This document shows positions 54,319 to 63,838 of a DNA stretch of 64,000 nt, piece after piece. Made by a program: the position numbers and the translations under genes. Source of the DNA: Methanobacteriota archaeon. GTDB taxonomy: Archaea > Halobacteriota > Bog-38 > Methanoflorentales > Methanoflorentaceae. Positions within the stretch are counted from its first letter, which is position 1, and each line of letters opens with the position of its first letter. Under the pieces are notes generated by a model. It was given only the letters and a program-made list of their open reading frames with translations, was not told the DNA's origin and searched no databases. The stretch is from positions 1,024,001 to 1,088,000 of the forward strand of contig OY970393.1 of assembly GCA_963720465.1 (NCBI GenBank). Direction: 5' to 3'.

Positions 54319-55419
54319 TTATTCAAGCAAAGGGATCCCCCGATAAGCAGAGGCGGCGTTCAAACGGGCGACACTAGGGGGATAACCTTCAATGAGCGAC
54401 ACCATCAGCGCCACCATATCGAGCTTTCTTTCTAGCAATCTATCGCGTTTCTTTTGCCAGTTTTCCTTTGTATGGGGGTCCTGAATGAGCTGCACCGCCT
54501 TAGCCGCGACTTCGGCTGCGGTCTTTAGGTTTAAGAGCAGCCGAAACTCGCGCTCAAGCTCGATAAAGACGCCCGTGTCACAGTCACCTACAAAAGCATT
54601 GCTCCGGATTGTCGGCGTTCCCAGAAGTGCGGCTTCGGTCGCCATAGTGTGCGTATCGGTGATGAACAACGACGCATAGTATAGCACGTCGTGTATTCGC
54701 CTGTTCGGCACGTTGAGAACGTGTTCTTTAATTTGCTTTGGAACGTCGGTTTCTGACGAAATGAACACCTCTCCGTAGGCGCTGAGCTCTCTCACGAGCG
54801 CGATCTTTTCGGCGTCGGTCAGTCTCGCGCCGAGGTCGTGCGAGCAGTCAAACGCGTTAAACCGCAGCACACTGTAGTCTTGACTCCTTGAGATGCCCAA
54901 GAGATCAAAAACGGAAGGATCAGGCGTGTAATAGTTGGGGTGTAGGTACGCGAGCTCCTTGTAACTCTGTACTTTCAGGTGTTTTGAGCCTAGCTCCTGT
55001 TTGAATGATGACGGCGTTACAAAAACATCAGTAAACTGATACGTGAGTTTGAACATCGCGTAACGCGCAGCGTCGATCGTGCACTCGCCGTCATTAAACG
55101 TGATATCGGGAACCTTGAGCAAACGCGCCGTGAAGGTCGAATAGGTACCCCAGCCCGTGGTCAAGTCAATCTTCTTCCCCTTGAGGTGTCGAAAGGCATT
55201 GACCACATCGTGCGGAAGTGACGTGTTATGTCCACACTTCACGTCGGGCGGACTCGAGAAAAGGAAAAAAGGAATGTCGAGCTCGTTTAGCAGGTCTATG
55301 GTCTCTCCGTAATCACGAGCGAGTACGAAGACCTGATTGCCGTCAACCTCAAGCGCGGCCACGATGTTCTTGTAGAAATGCACCTGAGCTGGCGTATTGA
55401 CAAAAACGGCAATTTTCAC
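54319..55419 (-). CDS. DUF354 family protein (GT-B-like, glycosylation-associated)
   Basis: VNTPAQVHFYK, ARDYGET..LL, YKELAYLHP and TMATEAALLGTP; GTG start after a GGAGG RBS. Confidence 0.85.
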   Translation of the reverse strand: MKIAVFVNTPAQVHFYKNIVAALEVDGNQVFVLARDYGETIDLLNELDIPFFLFSSPPDVKCGHNTSLPHDVVNAFRHLKGKKIDLTTGWGTYSTFTARLLKVPDITFNDGECTIDAARYAMFKLTYQFTDVFVTPSSFKQELGSKHLKVQSYKELAYLHPNYYTPDPSVFDLLGISRSQDYSVLRFNAFDCSHDLGARLTDAEKIALVRELSAYGEVFISSETDVPKQIKEHVLNVPNRRIHDVLYYASLFITDTHTMATEAALLGTPTIRSNAFVGDCDTGVFIELEREFRLLLNLKTAAEVAAKAVQLIQDPHTKENWQKKRDRLLERKLDMVALMVSLIEGYPPSVARLNAASAYRGIPLLE

Positions 55420-55534
55420 GATGCTACCTCCTGCGTGTACGTCATTTCGCGTCTGCAACGGGGCACGGTGCTTTTGAGCGGGTCAGAGCTTGCGCCGTCA
55501 CAATCGCTGCACATCCCTCCAAGAGTCTTCATCG

Positions 55535-56086
55535 TCAAGCCTGCTCGCAAAGAACGCCGCATATTCTCACCCCACTTACAAGATTTACGTCTTCACGGCC
55601 CTCGTCTTGATATAAGAAGCCGCTAAGGGTTGCGCTTTCGAAGATTTTCTTCTTAAGAGAGTTTTCTTCTCGACAAAGTATGCCGGTTACCTGTTGCCAC
55701 GGCAGGATATGCGCCGTATGATTGAAGTCTGCGAGGAGCGTTGTTTCGCCGGAAGTCTCGTCTTGATAAATCAGACCTTTGATCCGCTGGTCACAAAGCG
55801 ATTTTTTGCCGAGAGAGACGGGGTCTCCGTAGAGTATTGCCACGATTTTCGATGCTTCGAGGATTCGTTCGTCATCCTCGGTCGTCGTCCAATAGGTGAG
55901 GCCGTCGAGCTGTAAGTCGCTCAGAATGCTCTCATCGGCGCTGTCGTCGTGGTACAGGACACCAACCACTTTCGAATTAGTCAGGAGTTTGACGTCAATG
56001 TTCAGCCCGCTCTGGAGTTTTTTTTCATCAGTCCCTTCTTCCTGATAGATGATGCCTGTAATTTTCACGCCGCTTAAGACCTTCAT
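55535..56086 (-). CDS. Unrecognised 8-repeat beta protein, soluble (paralog C)
   Basis: Eight repeats (KITGIIYQ, KVVGVLYH, QLDGLTYW, KIVAILYG, RIKGLIYQ, QVTGILCR, TLSGFLYQ, RICGVLCE); start refined to MKVLSG after a GAAGGTG RBS. Confidence 0.8.
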   Translation of the reverse strand: MKVLSGVKITGIIYQEEGTDEKKLQSGLNIDVKLLTNSKVVGVLYHDDSADESILSDLQLDGLTYWTTTEDDERILEASKIVAILYGDPVSLGKKSLCDQRIKGLIYQDETSGETTLLADFNHTAHILPWQQVTGILCREENSLKKKIFESATLSGFLYQDEGREDVNLVSGVRICGVLCEQA

Positions 56087-56096
56087 GGTAACACCT

Positions 56097-56909
56097 TCAC
56101 GAACTATCTGTAGTCGACCTCTCAGTGCTGTGATACCGAAGGTAGAGTAGGTACACCACAGGCACGACAATTAACGCAATAGCGATGTATGAGCTGAGCA
56201 GAGTGATATTGAATTGTTTCAATGCGATCGGCACGACAAGACCAAGAACGCCAATGATCGGCAACAGGTACAACAATATGCGCTCCGCTTTGCGAAATCC
56301 ATTTCCTGACGGCTCTTCCACCTCAGTCGCGCGGCGTGCCGCGCGACTCGGGGGCTCGATATCTCGATAGATGATGCCGATGATCCTCAGACTAGTCAAG
56401 ATGCCTTCCTCGCTGGAGGCTCGCTCTCTGTATAGCACTCCTGTCAACACCGCTTCGCGCAAGGACGTTGCAGTGACTCCCTTGTCTTCTCTATAAACCA
56501 CGCCCGTTATTCTCGAGCCGTTAAGGATTCTTGCGTTGAGCTGTGGTCCACCGAGCAGCTTCACTTCGGTGCTGCCGGCCTGTTGGTACGTAATGCCCAG
56601 CAGTTTAGATCGGCTTAAGATTGTCCGATCGGCCGAACTTCCCTCTTGGTAAATAATGCCCAGCACCTTCCGCGCGGTCAAAATGTTTTCACGAGAGGAG
56701 TCTTCATCTTGATAGATGACTCCTGTGATGTTTAATCCGCTCAAACAGGTCTCTTCACCGTTTTTCTTATCCTTGAATATGATGCCGGTGAGCTCCCCAT
56801 TATCCAGAAGTTTCACTTTGATTTCAGGCGCGTTCAGCAGAACGCCGTCTTTACCCTTAGTGTCCTGGTAGGTGAGTCCAACCACTCTCGAACGATCTAC
56901 TGCTGCCAT
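56097..56909 (-). CDS. Unrecognised 8-repeat beta protein with C-terminal TM hairpin (paralog D)
   Basis: Eight repeats (RVVGLTYQ, ELTGIIFK, NITGVIYQ, KVLGIIYQ, KLLGITYQ, RITGVVYR, VLTGVLYR, RIIGIIYR), then two TM helices. Confidence 0.8.
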   Translation of the reverse strand: MAAVDRSRVVGLTYQDTKGKDGVLLNAPEIKVKLLDNGELTGIIFKDKKNGEETCLSGLNITGVIYQDEDSSRENILTARKVLGIIYQEGSSADRTILSRSKLLGITYQQAGSTEVKLLGGPQLNARILNGSRITGVVYREDKGVTATSLREAVLTGVLYRERASSEEGILTSLRIIGIIYRDIEPPSRAARRATEVEEPSGNGFRKAERILLYLLPIIGVLGLVVPIALKQFNITLLSSYIAIALIVVPVVYLLYLRYHSTERSTTDSS

Positions 56910-57133
56910 CTAAACCTCAGTCTCTGCCGCGGCTGCTTGAACGCTCGCCAAACTTCGCCGAGAATTAACCGTCATAGTTTGCCACTGAATATGTAAGTAG
57001 CGGACTCGATAACCCTAATGTGAAGCATGCACCGATCAGTGAAGCACCAGTGATCGCAAGACGGAGGCCGGTAATCAAGCAAAGAGCGCTTGGTACAAGT
57101 GAGATTAAAACTATGTAGATCATTTTTCAAACC

Positions 57134-57274
57134 TCATTCTTCTTCTCCTTTTTCGGCTATATCCAGCCCGCATTCGAAGCAGTGGAAGCCTTGAACAAGG
57201 TGCGCGGGCCCATCAGCCGTGCGCTCTGCGACGAGCATAACGGGTAGCCGCGCTGAATGCTTACAGTAAGGCAT
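57134..57274 (-). CDS. Small putative Zn-binding protein (46 aa, absent from the ORF track)
   Basis: MPYCKHSARLPVMLVAERTADGPAHLVQGFHCFECGLDIAEKGEEE*; CxH...CxxC; overlaps the upstream gene stop. Confidence 0.45.
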   Translation of the reverse strand: MPYCKHSARLPVMLVAERTADGPAHLVQGFHCFECGLDIAEKGEEE

Positions 57275-57992
57275 TGAGCCGGGCTTCATTTTCGTAAACT
57301 TCAATTTCTTCAATTATTCGTTCCAGCCGCGCCACGCGCTCTACCAGCTGTTCAACCGGGTCGGTCAGTTCCCGCTTACTCTTCACTAACGACATTGTGT
57401 TATACCCATACGACTGTCCTTCGTCGAGATCCGATCTTTCCGTTGGTCGTAGGATCATCAGCTCAGCATCTTTGACCGTGTCAGCTATGGGCTTTTCGAC
57501 GAGCTTGTGCGTGCTACTTTCGAAACGCTCTTTTGCTACCTTTTCGGCACGCTCTCTAAGTTTATTGAGCAAAATATCAAATATTTCGCGTTTATGCTCT
57601 TCTTGCGCCATCGAGAGACTTTGCACGATCGTCGTAGCGCAACTCTCTAATTTCTCGCAAAGTCTATTCGGGTTATTCTGCGCCCATTTTAGAAGATCGG
57701 AGGTATAAACATCCGATTCTATGTTGCATTCCTCATCGAGTAGCTCGTCGAACGTATCTGCGCTCGAATCTGCGATCATGCGTGCTGCCTCATCTATAAA
57801 CTCGCACGTCGTATCGTGCGGCATGAACTCGAAGCCTTCTGCGGTGTGAACTGCGTATATGACTTCTGTGATCCATTCAGGCGCGATATCCTTCTTAAAT
57901 ACGATTTTATCTTCTTTTTGATGTTCGACCGTATGAAGGTTTTGCGCGATCGCATGTGCCATCTGTTCTACTTCATGTGCAATTTCGCTCAT
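57261..57992 (-). CDS. Acidic alpha-helical hypothetical protein, virus-like
   Basis: Long D/E-rich ORF with a C-terminal coiled coil; likely start MSEIAH at 57992. Confidence 0.65.
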   Translation of the reverse strand: MSEIAHEVEQMAHAIAQNLHTVEHQKEDKIVFKKDIAPEWITEVIYAVHTAEGFEFMPHDTTCEFIDEAARMIADSSADTFDELLDEECNIESDVYTSDLLKWAQNNPNRLCEKLESCATTIVQSLSMAQEEHKREIFDILLNKLRERAEKVAKERFESSTHKLVEKPIADTVKDAELMILRPTERSDLDEGQSYGYNTMSLVKSKRELTDPVEQLVERVARLERIIEEIEVYENEARLNALL

Positions 57993-58244
57993 GTTCCTAT
58001 CATCCTGTCTTTTGGCTATACAGCGCATAGCTGTAGACGCGTACGTGGTTTCTCCCCATAGCCCCGACTTCAATGACACTTCTTTCACTGCCAATCACAC
58101 CCATCTTGAAGGCGCACCCGTAACGAGGACGACGGAGCTTCTTGATGCTGGAGTCGTCCCTGTTTTCTGCTTACTAGTAGAGGCTTTTCTGCAGAGTTGT
58201 TGCGTGCATCGTGAAGACTTTTTCCCCATCAGAGTGCCTCAAGA

Positions 58245-58500
58245 CTTAACTATTGTAAAAGTATTTAAATGTTGCTTAAAATTATCAATAGTTTTAATTT
58301 ATATAAAGCTTTAAAAAAAATAGTCAAGAATTAAATTTGTTCCAACTCATGTCTGCGGCCACAGATTTTTGTCCCGTGAGAAAAAACAAAAAAGAAACGT
58401 TAGGTATAAACAAAATAACAACGATTAAGTACAAATTGCAAGTAAATAGCTACATGGCGTTTAATACGCGGTGCAATTTGTACGCAGATAATAACATGCA
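58245..58500. promoter_or_regulatory. AT-rich divergent promoter region with a perfect 12-bp inverted repeat (58429-58440 and 58472-58483)
   Basis: GTACAAATTGCA ... TGCAATTTGTAC; TATA-like TTTATATA and TTTAATA elements. Confidence 0.55.
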
Positions 58501-58538
58501 TCGTTTTGCACAGAGCCGACACCAAAAAGGAGCGGAAA

Positions 58539-59360
58539 GTGGACGAGCCTAACTCCGAAATAAAGAGCCAAGAAGTTGAAGAGATTCTGCGCCTCTTAGC
58601 GTGTTCTGATTTGCGAAACAATCTCGCCAAAGCACTCCGTAATGGCAAGAAAATGACGCTTTCTGAATTGGGCGAGCACGTTGGAGCTAGCTCACCGGCT
58701 TGTGTGCACGCGTTGCGAGAACTAGGAAAGGTGCACGTAACACATCAAGACGAGAAGCGCAACTACTCGCTCACTAACATTGGCGAGATAGTCACGCGAA
58801 AGTTCGAAGAGCTTAACGCCGCCATCACAACGTTATCGCAAAACAAGGAATTTTGGCTCGACCACGATTTGAGCGACATCCCGAAACATTTGCTCGATAA
58901 GATAGGGTCCCTCGCTGATTCCACCGTTCTAACAAGTACTCCCACGGATCTCTTCAAGTCTTTTTCTACGCTCTATACGCTGCTTCAAAATTCCAAGGAG
59001 ATACGCGCCATCTCCCCGATTTTCGTCGAAGATATGACGGCCCAGTTTGTCAAACTGGTAGACAAGAACATAGACATCGAACTCATTTTTACGCCCGACG
59101 TACTGGACGCAACACTAAGATCGGCGGATAGAAAAGGATTAGAAAAAGCCCTCGAATCGAATCTCAAGCTCTTCAAAACTGAGAACCAACCGAACTTTGC
59201 CTGCACTGTTACTGACTATTTCTTGATTCTCGGCTTCTTCAGGCCGGACGGAAGTTTCGACTGGTCTACCGCCCTTCTGAGTTACAGTCCTGAAGCACTA
59301 GAATGGGGACAGGAGTTGTTCGCATATTATGTCGAGAAGACAGAACCCATCATTCTTTAG
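58539..59360 (+). CDS. Winged-helix regulator with DUF1724 (FilR1-like) domain
   Basis: CSDLR...HALRELG...YSLTNIG, FWLDHDLSDIP, TVTDYF and ALEWGQELFAYY. Confidence 0.85.
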   Translation: MDEPNSEIKSQEVEEILRLLACSDLRNNLAKALRNGKKMTLSELGEHVGASSPACVHALRELGKVHVTHQDEKRNYSLTNIGEIVTRKFEELNAAITTLSQNKEFWLDHDLSDIPKHLLDKIGSLADSTVLTSTPTDLFKSFSTLYTLLQNSKEIRAISPIFVEDMTAQFVKLVDKNIDIELIFTPDVLDATLRSADRKGLEKALESNLKLFKTENQPNFACTVTDYFLILGFFRPDGSFDWSTALLSYSPEALEWGQELFAYYVEKTEPIIL

Positions 59361-60285
59361 CAGCACTGCGTCAGACGGGGAATTCCTCTCCCAATTTCGT
59401 TTACCACCGCCACGTACGCGGCTAGCGAATGTATTTTCCTTCGTTACATTCAATCCAATGTTCCCTACGGTGTTCGTTAGCACCGTAGTGGTAGCGATAC
59501 TGTACGTCTCTTTTCTGCTTCAAGGTGTCCTGATCAGCACCTTGCTGTTAATCGCCACCTTCTTTTTGGGGATTTCCATATACAGTTTGAACAGAGTGAC
59601 AGATCTCGAAGAAGACTCAATCAATCTGCCCGACAGAGGTCAATTCTTCAAGAAAAACCGAGACTACCTGCTTTTTGCGAGTCTCGAATCAATTAACATC
59701 GCGGTGATTCTCGCTTTCTTCAGCAAACCGTCTGCAATCATCATCATTCTCTTCGCGTTCTTTATAGCGTTTTTTTACGACATAGGAACGCGCAGATTGA
59801 GACTAAAGAACACCCTGCTCCTTAAGAATATCACGATCGCAGGGACGATGACTATCGCAGCAGTGCTTCTGCCACTTGTGGTCCACACCAATATCTCATT
59901 TGTCGTGCTGATGGTTGCCTACTTTATCTTTCTCAATATTTTCATTGAGAGCGTGCTTCATGACGTCCGAGACATCGACGGTGACCGGAAGGCCGGCGTG
60001 CGGACCATCCCCGGATACCTGGGCAGGAACAAGACACGAAATCTGCTGCTGCTCCTGAACTCCACGCTTGTGGTGTGGGTTGCTTTCTCGCTGTTTCAAA
60101 CCATTTTTTACCCGTACATTTTCGTTTTGATTCTCGGCGTGCTCTACGGGTACTGGAGCATCCTACGCTTTACGAGGCCGAGCGCTACGACAAGCAGGCC
60201 CTTCTATTCGCTTGTGACCGCCAAATGGGTGATCCTGGCCCTTTATGCCACGCCATTCGCTTTGGGGTGGCTCCACATCCTTTGA
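59329..60285 (+). CDS. UbiA-family prenyltransferase (start uncertain)
   Basis: YSLNRVTDLEEDSINLPDR and HDVRDIDGDRKAGVRTIP Asp-rich motifs; multi-TM. Confidence 0.88.
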   Translation: MSRRQNPSFFSSTASDGEFLSQFRLPPPRTRLANVFSFVTFNPMFPTVFVSTVVVAILYVSFLLQGVLISTLLLIATFFLGISIYSLNRVTDLEEDSINLPDRGQFFKKNRDYLLFASLESINIAVILAFFSKPSAIIIILFAFFIAFFYDIGTRRLRLKNTLLLKNITIAGTMTIAAVLLPLVVHTNISFVVLMVAYFIFLNIFIESVLHDVRDIDGDRKAGVRTIPGYLGRNKTRNLLLLLNSTLVVWVAFSLFQTIFYPYIFVLILGVLYGYWSILRFTRPSATTSRPFYSLVTAKWVILALYATPFALGWLHIL

Positions 60286-60452
60286 GTCAACGACATCCTG
60301 CTCACTCTGCCTCTGGTGTTACTATTTTTAGAAAAACATTGATATTTTTTATCAAGAATTTAAACTACTAACATGATTAAGCATAGAGATATACAATGAG
60401 AACGAATAGCAAACTTTATATTGTTCTCCATCATTGACACGCTTCGACAATC

Positions 60453-61304
60453 ATGTATATCACTACACAAAGAGGAGAAGAACTCAGCGAAACGATCGTA
60501 GAGCCACGCGTCAACGATGGCGAGCTGCTCAGACTATTGATATGCTCGGACCTGCGGAAGAAGCTCCTTCTTGCACTTAAAAACGGCACAACATCCCTCG
60601 CCGGCCTGCGCGAAGCAACAGGGGCAAGCTCAACCGCAGCAATACACGCGCTCAGAGAGCTGGAGAAAGAACGCCTCACCTTCCAAGACGGCAAGCGCAA
60701 CTACTTGCTTACAAGCTCTGGCAAGATTGTGGCTTTGCACGTGGAGAGCTTTGTACAAACGGTCAACGTGATTACTCAGTTTGGCAAATTCTGGCTTGAA
60801 CACGATTTAAGCGGCATCCCTGAAGATTCTCTCAAGAACATAGGGTATTTGCAAGAGTCGCAGGTTTTGACAAGCATGCCCACTGACGTTTTCAACGCCT
60901 TTTCGACCTTTATCACCCTGCTCGAAGACGCCAAAGTGATACGAGGCGTTGCCCCTGTGTTCACGCCAGACTTGCTTGATGTTTATGCCGAACTCGCCGC
61001 AAAAGGCATACCGATCGAGCTTGTCGTTACTCACGAAGTGCTCGAAAACATGCTAGAGCTCACAGACCGCAGCCCGCTCAAGAATTCGCTTAAGGCAAAT
61101 CTTAGACTGTTTGTGATTAAGCAAAACCCAAAAACGGCTTTCACGGTTACTGACTATTTCTTTATGGTTGGACTCTTCAGATTGGACGGGTCTTATGATT
61201 ATTCAGACGAATTGCTAAGTTATAGCAACGACGCCCTTAGGTGGGGCCGTGAGCTGTTTGATCATTACGTCCGAGCATCAAAAGAGTTCGACTTAAGACT
61301 TTAA
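60453..61304 (+). CDS. Winged-helix regulator with DUF1724 (FilR1-like) domain, paralog
   Basis: CSDLR...HALRELE, FWLEHDLSGIP, TVTDYF and ALRWGRELFDHY. Confidence 0.85.
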   Translation: MYITTQRGEELSETIVEPRVNDGELLRLLICSDLRKKLLLALKNGTTSLAGLREATGASSTAAIHALRELEKERLTFQDGKRNYLLTSSGKIVALHVESFVQTVNVITQFGKFWLEHDLSGIPEDSLKNIGYLQESQVLTSMPTDVFNAFSTFITLLEDAKVIRGVAPVFTPDLLDVYAELAAKGIPIELVVTHEVLENMLELTDRSPLKNSLKANLRLFVIKQNPKTAFTVTDYFFMVGLFRLDGSYDYSDELLSYSNDALRWGRELFDHYVRASKEFDLRL

Positions 61305-61690
61305 GGCCTTATTCAAGCCCGCTTTGTTCCTTTGAGCTGCTGCGACAACTCCCTAAGATAGGAGCCAAATTGTGTTGGCCTTTGCGAAGACGGCCATTCG
61401 AGGTCGCTGCTAAGAACTAAAACCTTTTGCTTGAACACCTGCTTCTCAACACAAAAAGGGGCCTGTCGTTCAGAACAATCAGCGCTAGTCACAGCAATGC
61501 TTTTCTTTGCGCGCGACTTACGAAAGCCGCAACAGCACCCTACCAATCGCCAATGCCCGCCGCATTGTCGCCCACATGGCATTTATACCTAAGCAGCCGC
61601 CTGCCTATTCGCAAGATCTCGTCGCTACCCTCACGTCGCAGGACGGATCGTGCCCTTGCTTCGCTAATTGCCTGAAAACCTTATATCGAT

Positions 61691-62473
61691 GTGGCTATAT
61701 TGACTCAGCTAGATTTCCCGCGGAAGCGGCGGCTGAAAAACAGGCGCGTATTGGAGGCAATTTTGGCAGATCGTCGGACGTACGTCTACAGCCCATTTTC
61801 GCCAGTCATTACCGCATTTGTCATATTCGTAGTTCTCCTGCTCTTTGTTTTCATCTTTCTTGGGCTGATCGGAGCGGCTTTTAGTCGAATCGGGTTTTCT
61901 GCTCAAGCAATCTTACTTTTGCTTTTGGCTGTGCTCATCGGGAGCGTTATTAACATACCCCTATTCACTCTTGAAACGTCTGAGCCGATCATGACTGACG
62001 CCTATGTCACCGTTTTCGGCATGACCTACCGCGTCCCAGCGGCGGCCGAAGGCTCACGAAAAACGGTCGTTGCTATCAATGTCGGCGGTGCCCTGATTCC
62101 ATCTGTTGTCTCGCTTTATCTCCTATGGCGATTCCCGAACGTTTTAGCCTTTGCGATCGTCGGGGTGACTCTTGTAGCCGTCATTTCCCATCTCATATCA
62201 AAACCAGTAAAGGGGGTAGGAATAGTCTCTCCAGCGCTTGTTTCTCCTCTCGTTGCCGCGGTTTATACTATCGCCGTTTTGACACTATTTTCAGGGTTCG
62301 ACAACGCCTTTGCTTTAGCTTATGTGTGCGGCGTGCTGGGCACTCTGATCGGGGCCGACTTAACGAATTTAGGAGCCATCAAACAGGTTGGGGCTCCCAT
62401 TGCCTCGATTGGTGGCGCCGGCACTTTCGACGGCGTCTTTCTCTCAGGGATCATAGCCGTCTTGCTTGCGTAG
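61691..62473 (+). CDS. DUF1614 membrane protein (start probably downstream of 61691)
   Basis: GSVINIP, AINVGGALIP, GTLIGADL and SIGGAGTFDGVFLSG. Confidence 0.88.
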   Translation: MAILTQLDFPRKRRLKNRRVLEAILADRRTYVYSPFSPVITAFVIFVVLLLFVFIFLGLIGAAFSRIGFSAQAILLLLLAVLIGSVINIPLFTLETSEPIMTDAYVTVFGMTYRVPAAAEGSRKTVVAINVGGALIPSVVSLYLLWRFPNVLAFAIVGVTLVAVISHLISKPVKGVGIVSPALVSPLVAAVYTIAVLTLFSGFDNAFALAYVCGVLGTLIGADLTNLGAIKQVGAPIASIGGAGTFDGVFLSGIIAVLLA

Positions 62474-62596
62474 AAGCGACTGCGGGAGCAAACCTCACTG
62501 CACAGCACGAATGGTCTTAAGGTCGACAAATCAGCTTTATATAGTGTTTCAACATGATATTGTCCATCGCGCCGACCTCACCACTATCTGGAAGCC

Positions 62597-62857
62597 ATGG
62601 CCCCGAGTCGCCTTTTGAAGACCAATCTGGTGCTACTTGTCCTTGTACTGATAGCTATTATTGCCAGTTCCTTCGCAGCCTATGCGGGCAACACGAAGTT
62701 CATCGGCATCCTAGGGATTGCCGCACTGGCGTTGGCCCTGGTGTTATGGCGTATTTTTAGTCTGACGAGGCAGACAGCAACAACCTCCGAGCCTGAAACG
62801 CTCCGCTTTGACTTCGACATTGACAGCATCCAAAAAAATCGTCCACCCCACAAGTGA
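62597..62857 (+). CDS. Small two-TM hypothetical protein
   Basis: Two hydrophobic stretches; TTTATATA box at ~62536 upstream. Confidence 0.55.
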   Translation: MAPSRLLKTNLVLLVLVLIAIIASSFAAYAGNTKFIGILGIAALALALVLWRIFSLTRQTATTSEPETLRFDFDIDSIQKNRPPHK

Positions 62858-63008
62858 TGCGGCCCCAATCACCGCTTGTAAACCGCTTCAGACGTTGATT
62901 ACTACCGTTCTGGTGATATGATCCCCCAGTCGCTGCCATTTTGTCGGAAATTATTGACAAGGATTTCGGGTGAAGCGCCGCAACGAAATGCGCTTTTTAA
63001 CGGTAAGT

Positions 63009-63752
63009 CTACTCCGACCAAGAGCTGGCGCACGACTTACAGCGCGGGTTCCTCGCCACCTTGACCTTGTCGAATGCCATCGTTTCGCCATCGTAGATGA
63101 GGAGTTCGTCGACCAATGGTACGCCTACGCCAGCTAAGCACTTAATGGCCTCTGTTGCTTGCAGCAATGCTATCACGCCTGGCGTCGTAGCTAATACCGG
63201 GAACACTGCGCGAGGCGGAGCGTGCGGATAGATACACTCTAGGCAAGCCGTCTTGCCCGGCAACACAGTAGTAAGTCGCCCTTCGTAGCCGTATACCGCG
63301 CCGTGGATCAGAGGGACGGAGTGAGCAATAGCCGCCGAATTTAGCATGTACCGCACCGCAAAGTTGTCCATAGCGTCGAGAATGATGTCGCAGCGTTTAG
63401 TGAGCTCAAGGACATTCTCGTCCTCGATAGTCAGATCGAATGCTTCAACACTAATCGTTGGATTGATCCGTTCCACTTTCTGCGATGCTGATTCGGCTTT
63501 TTGTTTTCCCAAATCTTCGTCCCAATGCAGTACCTGCCGGTTCAAATTGCTAAGCTCGACAGAGTCCATATCAATCAGCTGAAGATGCCCAACGCCCGCG
63601 ACAGCAAGATACAACGCCAGCGGGGAGCCGAGCCCGCCTAAGCCAGCTATGAAGGCGGTCGAGTTTTTCAGCCGTTCCTGCCCACTTTCCCCAAACCCAG
63701 GAATGATTATTTGTCGGTGGTATCGCTTACGATCGTATTCAGACAGAGACAT
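63009..63752 (-). CDS. ThiF/MoeB/UbaA adenylyltransferase (SAMP-activating E1-like)
   Basis: RYHRQ, GLGGLGS, DSVELSNLNRQ, DNF and CLEC...CKSC; start refined to 63752. Confidence 0.92.
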   Translation of the reverse strand: MSLSEYDRKRYHRQIIIPGFGESGQERLKNSTAFIAGLGGLGSPLALYLAVAGVGHLQLIDMDSVELSNLNRQVLHWDEDLGKQKAESASQKVERINPTISVEAFDLTIEDENVLELTKRCDIILDAMDNFAVRYMLNSAAIAHSVPLIHGAVYGYEGRLTTVLPGKTACLECIYPHAPPRAVFPVLATTPGVIALLQATEAIKCLAGVGVPLVDELLIYDGETMAFDKVKVARNPRCKSCASSWSE

Positions 63753-63838
63753 GAATGAAACCCCCAAACCGAGAACAAACCGGCCCCCTTGCACGTGCTA
63801 TGCTATGCGTTGCAGGGATTGGTGAGTTTTTGGCCAAA

